64,000 nt of DNA, taken from assembly GCA_958370325.1 (NCBI GenBank), contig CATXJW010000003.1, forward strand, positions 8,352-72,351. The letters run 5' to 3'. The translations under genes were made by a program, and so were the position numbers. The notes under the pieces were generated by a model that had not been told where the DNA came from, searched no databases, and saw only the letters and a list, made by a program, of their open reading frames with translations. The DNA is from an uncultured Collinsella sp. (GTDB taxonomy: Bacteria > Actinomycetota > Coriobacteriia > Coriobacteriales > Coriobacteriaceae). The first letter of the stretch is position 1; each line of letters opens with the position of its first letter. Below are positions 20,663 to 28,902 of this stretch, one piece after another.

Positions 20663-22522
20663 TTGGCCATGCCGCTTTTCTCGCAACATACCGCCCGGTT
20701 CTCGCCGGACGTTCCTTTGGAGGGCACCAGCTCTCGCGAGCTGCTCAAGCGGTACCAGCCGCTCGAGACACTTGCGACCGGCGGTTTTGGCTCCATCGAG
20801 ATTTGCCGCGACACGCACCTGCGCCGCCGCGTCGCCATTAAGCGCATCCCCCTTATCAACGGCGCCGGCATGCCCGCCAGCGACATCATGGATGTCCTGC
20901 GCGAGGCGCACACTGCCGCCATGCTTCAACATCCCAATATCGTGCAGGTCATCGACTTTACGCATGACACCGCCTATGCCTACCTGGTCATGGAGTATGT
21001 CGACGGTATGTCGCTGGCCGAGTTTTTGCATCGCGTGGACGGCCACTCGCTCACCTTTGACGAGGCCGCGGCCATTGCCGATGCCCTGGGCCAGGCGCTC
21101 ACCTTCGCCCATAGCAATGGCGTACTCCACCTGGACATTAAGCCCGCCAACGTGCTCATCGACCACTCGGGCAATGTAAAGCTCACCGACTTTGGCATGG
21201 CGCGACTGTCGTCCGCCGGTGGCTTTGGCGGCTCGCGCGGCGGCACCATCGGCTACATGCCGCCCGAGCAGCTCGATATCGAGACCGGCACGGTCGACGA
21301 ACGCGCCGATGTCTTTGCCCTTGCCTGCGTTATCTATGAGGGCTTGTGCGGCAGCGCTCCCTTTATGGCGGCCACGCCCGCCGACTCGCTCGACCGCATC
21401 ATCGGCGGCGCCACCTATCCCAGCGAGCTGATACCACACTTTCCCCCGGGAGCCGAGGCCGCGCTCATGAGCGCGCTCTCCCCCATGCCGCAGGACCGCC
21501 CCAACAGCATCGAGGCATTTTGCGACCAACTCCTTGCCGGTCTGGGCAGCGTGCGCGAGGGCCGTCGCAGTCTGGAGCAAATGGTTGGCGAGCTTTCGGA
21601 TGACGAGCAGGAGCTCGACGATATCGAGCCGTCGTACTACGAGGACGACGCCATCGAGGTCGACCCCGCGCTCGGCTGGGCGGGCACGCGCTGGAGCCAT
21701 GCGCGCGACTACACCATGCACGCTATCTCGGCGCTAACGTGCGGCGCCTTTAGCTTTTTGCTGATGCAAACGGCCGGGGTCGCGGCGCTTCCCGGCCTGG
21801 TCATTGCGGCTATCGCGATCGGAGCGGCGGCTGGCCTGGCCCCCCAGATCGGCTCGGCCATCTCGGCTGTGGGCTTTTTGGTGCTCATGGCCAACGCCAC
21901 CATGCAGGCGCAGGGCATCCTGTCGATGTTGCCCGTCGCGGTGATCTTTGCCGCCGCCATGTCCGGTTGGTGGATCGCCTGGGGTCGCACCGAGGCCGCC
22001 GCGAGCGCCGCGCTCACCTGTGCACTCGCGCTTGGCTGTCTGACTGGCAATACCTTCCTGGCAGCTGGGGTCGCCGCCGGCGTCGCGTCATTTTGGCTCG
22101 GCCCGGCAAGCGCCGCCGCGGCAACGGGCATGGGCGCGCTTTTTGCCCGTCTGGCCACGGTCGCGCTTTCAGCCGGAGGCGTGCTGGGGCTCGGTAACGT
22201 TGCCGCGGCGCTGGGAGACCCGCTCCTTTGGGCTGCCTTTGTGCTGGTCGCGGCAACTGCCGCAGCGTCATCCGCGCTGCTCAATACCCATGCCAAGCGT
22301 GCCGACCAGGGCTCAAACCTTGTCGCAATCGCCGCCATCGCCGTCACCGGCATCGGCTGCGCAGCGGCATCCTGTCTTGCACACCATATGGAAATTGCCA
22401 GCCTTGCAGCCGCGGTCGCCGCCAAGGCGGCGGTTGCGGGAACCCTATCCTCTATAATCGTTGGGATATGCCTATATTTGCTCGGATACCAAAGAACCTA
22501 TACGGAGAGTGATCTTTCGTGA
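20663..22522 (+). CDS. Ser/Thr protein kinase with large polytopic C-terminal membrane domain
   Basis: Kinase motifs are present: VAIKRI, HLDIKPANVLI, DFGMA and GYMPPE. From about aa 355 there are at least 7 Ala/Gly-rich hydrophobic segments. The stop overlaps the fhaA GTG as GTGA (22519-22522). Confidence 0.85.
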   Translation: MAMPLFSQHTARFSPDVPLEGTSSRELLKRYQPLETLATGGFGSIEICRDTHLRRRVAIKRIPLINGAGMPASDIMDVLREAHTAAMLQHPNIVQVIDFTHDTAYAYLVMEYVDGMSLAEFLHRVDGHSLTFDEAAAIADALGQALTFAHSNGVLHLDIKPANVLIDHSGNVKLTDFGMARLSSAGGFGGSRGGTIGYMPPEQLDIETGTVDERADVFALACVIYEGLCGSAPFMAATPADSLDRIIGGATYPSELIPHFPPGAEAALMSALSPMPQDRPNSIEAFCDQLLAGLGSVREGRRSLEQMVGELSDDEQELDDIEPSYYEDDAIEVDPALGWAGTRWSHARDYTMHAISALTCGAFSFLLMQTAGVAALPGLVIAAIAIGAAAGLAPQIGSAISAVGFLVLMANATMQAQGILSMLPVAVIFAAAMSGWWIAWGRTEAAASAALTCALALGCLTGNTFLAAGVAAGVASFWLGPASAAAATGMGALFARLATVALSAGGVLGLGNVAAALGDPLLWAAFVLVAATAAASSALLNTHAKRADQGSNLVAIAAIAVTGIGCAAASCLAHHMEIASLAAAVAAKAAVAGTLSSIIVGICLYLLGYQRTYTESDLS

Positions 22523-23532
22523 ACTTCCTGAACATCTTCGAGGACCACGTGGCCGGCATCTTCGGTGCCACCCGTGCCCCGTTCTCCTTTAAGAAGCTTG
22601 CCAAGCAGGCCGCTCGCGACATGGAGGATCAGACTCTGGTGATTAACGGCGTCAACACGGCGCCGGCACTCTATACCATCCTGATCGCCGCCGACGACGA
22701 TCCCATGCTCGCCCCGTTCTACCCCGAGCTTTCGCGCGAGGTCCGCGAGTTCGTGAAGGCGCAGGCCGAAAAGCGCCGCTATGTCTTTGTCGGCGAGCCC
22801 CTCGTGCGCTTTATGATCGATCCGCAGCTGCGCGCCGGCAAGTTCTCGGTCTTTGCCGAGAACGTCGATGCCCCCACGCTCGGCCGCCTGTACGAAGAAG
22901 AGCGCGCCTATCAAAACGGCCTGGGCCAGAACAACTCCGCGGCAAGCCGTGCCGCCAGCGCCCCGCGCGCCGGCCAGCAGCAGTTTGCTGCCCCGCAGCA
23001 GCAGCGCCCCGCCGCCATGCCCCAGCAGCAGCCGACGCCTCGCGCCGCCGCTCCCGACCCGCTTGCCGTGGCAGACCCCTTCGCGCCTAGCGTCCCCGAC
23101 CCCGCCGCCGCACCCATCCCGGTGCCGCAGACCGTCTCGCGCGACGCGCTTGCCGGCATGGGCGGAGCCGCCGCGACCGGTGCCGCCGTGGGCCTAGGCG
23201 CCGCAGCCGGCATCGCCTCCAACATGGCGAGCACTCGCGCCCCGCAGCGCCCGCTCGCCCAGCTCGTCGACGTCGTGAGCGGCGAGAGCCATAGCATCAC
23301 CTCCGCACAGGTGACCATCGGTCGCGAGCGCTCAGTTTCCGACATTGCCCTGCGCGACCCCAACGTGTCGCGCCGCCACGCCCAGCTCACCTTTACGGGC
23401 TCGGATTGGTCGATCGAGGACCTCAATTCCACCAACGGCACACTCGTCAACAACCGCCGCATTACGCGCTGCCCGCTGCGCAACGGCGATCTGCTGACGT
23501 TTGGCCTGAGCACCTTTGAATTTAGGGGATAG
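22519..23532 (+). CDS. fhaA: FhaA-like protein (DUF3662 N-domain + C-terminal FHA)
   Basis: The N-terminus (MNFLNIFEDHVAGIFG...LVINGVNTAPALYTILIA) resembles the FhaA N-domain. It is followed by a Pro/Ala/Gln linker and a C-terminal FHA domain (RRHAQLTFTGSDWSIEDLNSTNGTLVNN). Confidence 0.85.
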   Translation: MNFLNIFEDHVAGIFGATRAPFSFKKLAKQAARDMEDQTLVINGVNTAPALYTILIAADDDPMLAPFYPELSREVREFVKAQAEKRRYVFVGEPLVRFMIDPQLRAGKFSVFAENVDAPTLGRLYEEERAYQNGLGQNNSAASRAASAPRAGQQQFAAPQQQRPAAMPQQQPTPRAAAPDPLAVADPFAPSVPDPAAAPIPVPQTVSRDALAGMGGAAATGAAVGLGAAAGIASNMASTRAPQRPLAQLVDVVSGESHSITSAQVTIGRERSVSDIALRDPNVSRRHAQLTFTGSDWSIEDLNSTNGTLVNNRRITRCPLRNGDLLTFGLSTFEFRG

Positions 23533-23538
23533 TCGCTT

Positions 23539-23955
23539 ATGAACATCGATATCGTCCTTTTTGCAGGCCGCATCGTCCTGGTCGCCCTGCTCTATATCTT
23601 CCTGTTCGCCGTCATGAAGACCGGCGTGGGACTTGTGCGCGGACAGCGCCGCGACTCGGCTATCTGGACGATCGATGTGGACAAGGGTCCGCGCGGTATC
23701 CGCGGCATCCACGTAGATATGCTCGGCCCCGTCATCGTCGGTCGCTCGCCATCTTCGGACATCTGCATCAACGAACCATTCGTCTCGGCCTCACATGCGC
23801 GCTTTTCGCTGCAGGGCCCGGCGCTCATCATCGAGGACCTCAACTCGCTTAACGGCACGCTCGTCAACGGCCGCCAGCTTGTGGAGCCCGCAACGCTGCG
23901 CGAGGGCGACGAAGTCCAGATCGGCGATGTGGTCATGAAGGTGAACCGTCGATGA
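23539..23955 (+). CDS. fhaB: FhaB/FipA-like membrane-anchored FHA protein
   Basis: N-terminal TM (IVLFAGRIVLVALLYIFLFAV) plus an FHA domain (SHARFSLQGPALIIEDLNSLNGTLVNG). Confidence 0.85.
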   Translation: MNIDIVLFAGRIVLVALLYIFLFAVMKTGVGLVRGQRRDSAIWTIDVDKGPRGIRGIHVDMLGPVIVGRSPSSDICINEPFVSASHARFSLQGPALIIEDLNSLNGTLVNGRQLVEPATLREGDEVQIGDVVMKVNRR

Positions 23956-25886
23956 TCGACGAGGAGAACAAGTCCGCGACTATGACCGAGGCACCGGCTG
24001 CCGCCACAGCTGCGCCGGCCCACGCCGCTCCGGCGGGCTCCGCACCCGTGGAACCCGAGGACACCGTGTTCTCCCTGCCTCTTTCGCATGTAACGCATGA
24101 TATTTCGGATCTTGCCGATAACGAGGACGAAGAGGATGCCGTAGCGGCGCCCATCGGCGCACATGCTGCGGAACAGCCCACAGCGCCCGAAGCAACCTCG
24201 GCGCCAGCTCACTTTGCAGAGCCCGTCGCCGCGGCAATCAACGAGAGCGCTGCGGTGTTTGCGGCACCCGAGCCCGCCGCGCCGGCGTTTCCCATAGCTC
24301 CGGCATCCGAAGTTGCGCCCGTGTCTACGCCGGCGCCCGAAGCGGAGCCATCCCCCGAGGACGGCCCTGCACCCAAGACCCCGCAGCCTGCGCCCGCAAG
24401 CGAGTCCGATGCCGTGGCCGAACCCGCCGCCCAGTCGCAAAGCATGCCCGCGCCGTCGCACTTTGCGACGCCCGAGCCTATAGACGTCAGCCCGCAAGAC
24501 GACGAGTCGACCGCCCGCGTGTCCGAGGAGCCCGGCTCCCCGGACACCGGCGATTCCGAATCAAACGCCGAGACCGACACCGTCTCTCCCGGTGACACAG
24601 CCGAGATCGACGTTGCCGCCGTTGAGGCCAAGCTCAAAGACCCCGGCTCGACCATGAGCTTTGAGCCCCTGACCGAAGAGCGCATCGAGACCGACTCGAC
24701 CTATGATGCCGGCACCACCACGCAACTCATGTGGGGCGCCCGCTCCGACGTTGGCTGTGTGCGCCCGCACAATGAGGATTCCTACCTGGTGCAGTCGCCG
24801 CTCTTTTGCGTATGCGACGGCATGGGCGGTCACGCCGCCGGCGAGGTAGCCTCTTCCATCGCCGTCGAGACTATTGCCAAGACGGCCCCGCAGTCCGCCG
24901 ACGCAGCGCGCCTGGCCGCAGCCGTCGAGGCAGCCAACGCCGCCGTAATCGAGGCGGCCCTGAACGGCCTGGGCAAGCCCGGCATGGGCTGCACGGCCAC
25001 CTGCGCCTATATCGAAAACGACACGCTCGCCATCGCCCACGTGGGTGACTCTCGCGCCTACCTGCTCCACGAGGGCACGCTCATCCGCGTGACCCGCGAC
25101 CACTCCTACGTGGAGGAGCTCGTGGACGCCGGCGAGATCACGGCAGATGAGGCTCGCGTCCACCCCAACCGTTCGGTCATCACCCGCGCGCTGGGCTCGG
25201 ACCCCGCTATGTATGCCGACCACTTCACTCTGCATATCGAGGAAGGCGACCGTCTGATCCTGTGCTCCGACGGCCTTTCGAGCATGATTCCCGATAGCGA
25301 TATCGAGAACATCGCCACGCAGTCCTCAACCGCGCAAATCTGCGTCGACAACCTAGTGGACGCGGCGCTTGCCGCCGGCGGCCACGACAACGTGACCGTA
25401 GTAGTCGTTGACCTGGTTGACGATGGCGTTATGCGCGAGGCGCAACGCGTGCGTCGCCGCAACATTACTATCGCCGCCATCCTGGCCCTCGTCTTTGTGC
25501 TGGCAGCTGGCATCTGGGCCTACACGGGTGTCACCGGCTCGTACTACCTGGGTACCTACCAGGGCAATGTCGCAGTCTGGCGCGGCATACCCGGCAAGCC
25601 GCTCGGACTCAAGCTCCACTGGCTCGAGAGCGAAACCAGCATTAAGCTGTCCGACCTGCCCGAAGACACGCAAAACCGCCTCAAGGTGGGCATTCCGCAA
25701 ACAAGCGTCGACGATGCGCAGGACACGATATCCAAGTACCGCCACCAGATCGACGAGGAGCAGACCCGCCAGGTGATCGACGCGCAAACGATTCGCGACA
25801 ACACCAATCAGGGATCGACCTCCGAATCAGATTCCGAGAAAACCGCCGAACAGTCCGCCGAGGCCGAAGCCTCCGAAAAGAACTAG
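23952..25886 (+). CDS. pstP: PP2C-family Ser/Thr phosphatase (PstP-like) with long N-terminal low-complexity extension
   Basis: PP2C motifs (RSDVGCVRPHNEDS, VCDGMGGHAAGEVAS, LCSDGL, GGHDNVTVVVVD) begin around aa 260. A TM (ITIAAILALVFVLAAGIWAY) and an extracytoplasmic tail follow. The ATGA overlap with fhaB supports the upstream start, but an internal start such as the ATG at 24654 cannot be excluded. Confidence 0.8.
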   Translation: MIDEENKSATMTEAPAAATAAPAHAAPAGSAPVEPEDTVFSLPLSHVTHDISDLADNEDEEDAVAAPIGAHAAEQPTAPEATSAPAHFAEPVAAAINESAAVFAAPEPAAPAFPIAPASEVAPVSTPAPEAEPSPEDGPAPKTPQPAPASESDAVAEPAAQSQSMPAPSHFATPEPIDVSPQDDESTARVSEEPGSPDTGDSESNAETDTVSPGDTAEIDVAAVEAKLKDPGSTMSFEPLTEERIETDSTYDAGTTTQLMWGARSDVGCVRPHNEDSYLVQSPLFCVCDGMGGHAAGEVASSIAVETIAKTAPQSADAARLAAAVEAANAAVIEAALNGLGKPGMGCTATCAYIENDTLAIAHVGDSRAYLLHEGTLIRVTRDHSYVEELVDAGEITADEARVHPNRSVITRALGSDPAMYADHFTLHIEEGDRLILCSDGLSSMIPDSDIENIATQSSTAQICVDNLVDAALAAGGHDNVTVVVVDLVDDGVMREAQRVRRRNITIAAILALVFVLAAGIWAYTGVTGSYYLGTYQGNVAVWRGIPGKPLGLKLHWLESETSIKLSDLPEDTQNRLKVGIPQTSVDDAQDTISKYRHQIDEEQTRQVIDAQTIRDNTNQGSTSESDSEKTAEQSAEAEASEKN

Positions 25887-25902
25887 AAAGGGAGTGCCGC
25901 TT

Positions 25903-28770
25903 ATGAGTCGCCGCAACACCGAGCTGCTCTTGCTCATCGCCTCGGCGTTCCCCGTCATCCTGCTGTATGCGATGTACGTCCTCACCGCGGGCGCTGCCAT
26001 CTCCTTTGAGACGCTCGCCGTACCGATCGGCCTCTTTGCCGCCTTTGCCGCGGCCCACATTGCCGTGCGCATCTTGGCGCCCGGTGCCGACCCCGCTATC
26101 CTGCCCATTGTCTTTGTGCTTTCGGGCATCGGCATCACGTTCGTGACGCGTCTCGCCCCCGCTCTCGCCATCTCACAGCTCATCATCCTGTTTGTCTCGG
26201 TGGCCCTGATGGTGGGAACGCTCGCGTTGGTTAAGAACCTCGACGTGGTCATGCGCTACAAGTACACCTTTGGCATTATCGGCATCATTCTGCTGATGCT
26301 GCCTATCTTTATCGGCACCACGATCTCGGGCTCCAAGCTGTGGATTCGCATCGCAGGCTTTACCATCCAGCCCGGCGAGTTCGCCAAAGTCTTTATCGTG
26401 CTGTTCCTGGCCGGGTACCTGGCCGAGAACCGCGAGCTGCTCTCCATCTCCAACCGCAAGATCCTGGGCTTTAAGATCCCTCGCCTGCGACTGCTGCTGC
26501 CGCTGTTTGCCGTGTGGGGTGTGTGCCTGCTCGTCGTCGTCTTCGAACGCGACCTGGGTTCGGCCGTGCTGTTCTACACCATCTTCTTGCTAATGCTCTA
26601 CGTTGCCACGGGACGCTTTTCGTATGTCGTTATCGGCCTTGCGCTCTTAGCCGTTGGAGCCGTGGGCGCCTACAAGCTCCTGTCTCATGTCCAGGTGCGT
26701 TTCCAGGTTTGGGTCGATCCGTTTAAGGACGCCCAGGGCCAGGGCTACCAGATCGTCCAGTCGCTCTTCTCGCTTGCCGATGGCGGTCTGGTCGGCGTTG
26801 GCATCGGCAACGGCATGGCCAACAACATCCCTGTCGTCGAGTCCGACTTTATCTTCTCGGCTATCGGCGAGGAGATGGGCCTTTTGGGCGGCGGCGCCGT
26901 GCTCATCCTGTTTATGCTATTTGCCGTGCGTGGCCTCACCACGGCAGCCCGCGCCAAGTCCGACCTTGCCGCCTTTAGCGCGACCGGCCTTACGGCGGCC
27001 ATCAGCTTCCAGGCATTCTTAATCGTTGGCGGCGTAACCCGCCTAATCCCGCTGACCGGCGTCACCCTGCCCTTTATGAGCCAGGGCGGCTCCTCGCTGC
27101 TGGCGAGTTTTATCATCGTCGCGCTGCTGCTGCGCGCCGGCGACGAGGCAACCGGACGCGAAGCCGAGCTCACCGGCACCGGCACCATGGCCGCCATCAC
27201 CGATGACCAGGTCGCATCCGCTGCCCTGACCGGTACGCGTTTTGCCAACGCACCTTCCTACGGCAACGGCAGCCACTCCGCGGGTTCTCGCATGCGTCGT
27301 CGCCTGCTCGACACGCCCGAGTCCGGCGTGCTCGGCCGCGTTGCACTTGCCAACCGTCTGACTCGTGCCGTGTTTGCCTTTACGGCGCTGTTCGCCATCC
27401 TTATCGGCAACCTTACCTATGTCCAGGTCATCAAGGCGAAGGACTACCAGGACATGCCGACCAACAACCACACCATCGCCCGCTCCAAGTACATCCAGCG
27501 TGGCTCCATCATCACGTCCGACGGCGTGACGCTAGCCGAGTCGCTGCAGCAGGAGGACGGCACCTACGCCCGTTCCTACCCCAACGGCAATATGGCCGCG
27601 CACGTGGTGGGCTACGTGAGCCAGCAATACGGCACCGCCGGCATCGAGAGCGTCATGAACGATACGCTCACCGGCTCCAAGGATTACTCCAGCTGGAACA
27701 ACGCCATCGCGTCGCTCGCGGGGCAGACCCAGCCGGGCAATACCGCCAAGCTCACCATCGACTCGCGCATCCAGACGGCTGCCGAGCAGGCGCTCAAGGG
27801 CTTTAAGGGCGCCGTGGTGGTCATGGATCCGCGCACAGGTGCGGTCCTTGCGTGCGCGAGCTCGCCCACCTACGACAACACCAACATCGATGCGCTGCTC
27901 CAGTCGGGCGGCGGCGAGGACGGCTCCATGTACGACCGCGCCATGGACGCACTGTACACCCCGGGCTCTACCTTTAAGGTCGTCACACTCTCCGCGGCGC
28001 TCGAAACCGGCACCGCCAGCCTTACCAGCACGTACCAGGCGCCCGGCTCCATGGACATCGGAAACGCGCCGGTCACCAACTCTGCCAACGAGAGCTACGG
28101 CACCATCAGCCTGCAGCAGGCCTTCGCCGTGTCGTCCAACGTCGTCTTTGGCCAGGTGGCCAACGAGATTGGCGCCAGCTCGCTCGTCCAGTTTGCCAAC
28201 GCCTTTGGCTACGGTCAAAAGCTCGGTCAGGATCTGACCACCGCGGCTTCCATCATGGCCGACCCGTCGCTTATGACCGAGTGGGAGACCGCTTGGGCAG
28301 GCGCCGGCCAGCCCGTCGGCATGGACCACACGCCTGGCCCGCAGACCACCGTTATGCAGAATTGCGTGATCGCTGCCGCTATCGCCAACAGCGGTGTGGT
28401 CATGGACCCGTTCTTTGTGTCCCAGATACTCGCCCCGGACGGAACCGTGGTCAAGACCACGCAGTCCCGCTCGCTGGGCCAGGCTGTCAGTTCTGCCACG
28501 GCCGACCAGGTCAAGCAGGCCATGCTCGCCGTCGTCCAGTCCGGTACCGGCACCGATGCCCAGATTCCGGGCGTCAAGGTTGCCGGCAAGACCGGTTCGG
28601 CCGAGACCGGCGGCACCAACGTCAACTCTATGTTTGTTGGCTTTGCACCTTACGATTCACCCACGGTTGCCATCTCGGTGGCCCTGGAGGATTTCGACAA
28701 ACACGACGTCGAGGCGGCCAAGATTGCCGGCATCGTCCTGACCGCGGCGCTCGCCGCACAGGGAGCGTGA
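25903..28770 (+). CDS. fused SEDS (RodA/FtsW-type) glycosyltransferase and class B penicillin-binding protein
   Basis: One uninterrupted frame. The N-terminal ~405 aa are a polytopic SEDS region ending ...TGVTLPFMSQGGSSLL. A linker and a new TM (AVFAFTALFAILIGNLTYV) follow. The PBP transpeptidase then shows SxxK (GSTFKV), SxN (VSSNV) and KTG (GKTGSAE). Start set to the ATG at 25903, behind AAAGGGAG. Confidence 0.85.
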   Translation: MSRRNTELLLLIASAFPVILLYAMYVLTAGAAISFETLAVPIGLFAAFAAAHIAVRILAPGADPAILPIVFVLSGIGITFVTRLAPALAISQLIILFVSVALMVGTLALVKNLDVVMRYKYTFGIIGIILLMLPIFIGTTISGSKLWIRIAGFTIQPGEFAKVFIVLFLAGYLAENRELLSISNRKILGFKIPRLRLLLPLFAVWGVCLLVVVFERDLGSAVLFYTIFLLMLYVATGRFSYVVIGLALLAVGAVGAYKLLSHVQVRFQVWVDPFKDAQGQGYQIVQSLFSLADGGLVGVGIGNGMANNIPVVESDFIFSAIGEEMGLLGGGAVLILFMLFAVRGLTTAARAKSDLAAFSATGLTAAISFQAFLIVGGVTRLIPLTGVTLPFMSQGGSSLLASFIIVALLLRAGDEATGREAELTGTGTMAAITDDQVASAALTGTRFANAPSYGNGSHSAGSRMRRRLLDTPESGVLGRVALANRLTRAVFAFTALFAILIGNLTYVQVIKAKDYQDMPTNNHTIARSKYIQRGSIITSDGVTLAESLQQEDGTYARSYPNGNMAAHVVGYVSQQYGTAGIESVMNDTLTGSKDYSSWNNAIASLAGQTQPGNTAKLTIDSRIQTAAEQALKGFKGAVVVMDPRTGAVLACASSPTYDNTNIDALLQSGGGEDGSMYDRAMDALYTPGSTFKVVTLSAALETGTASLTSTYQAPGSMDIGNAPVTNSANESYGTISLQQAFAVSSNVVFGQVANEIGASSLVQFANAFGYGQKLGQDLTTAASIMADPSLMTEWETAWAGAGQPVGMDHTPGPQTTVMQNCVIAAAIANSGVVMDPFFVSQILAPDGTVVKTTQSRSLGQAVSSATADQVKQAMLAVVQSGTGTDAQIPGVKVAGKTGSAETGGTNVNSMFVGFAPYDSPTVAISVALEDFDKHDVEAAKIAGIVLTAALAAQGA

Positions 28771-28902
28771 TGCCCGTGATCAAAGCGGATACTTGGGGCG
28801 CGCCGCGGGCGATGAGCTAGCGGCAACGCGCCACACGGCCCCAGCGGCCACACATTTGGTACTACACACATCGTTGAGCGAATAGTTATGTTAGGAGCAG
28901 GA

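Noticed and set aside
20648-21721. 357-aa minus-strand ORF and similar ORFs antisense to the STPK/FHA/PP2C operon (for example 22911-23573, 23592-24497, 27532-28329)
   Set aside because: They are antisense to genes with clear kinase, FHA, PP2C and PBP motifs.
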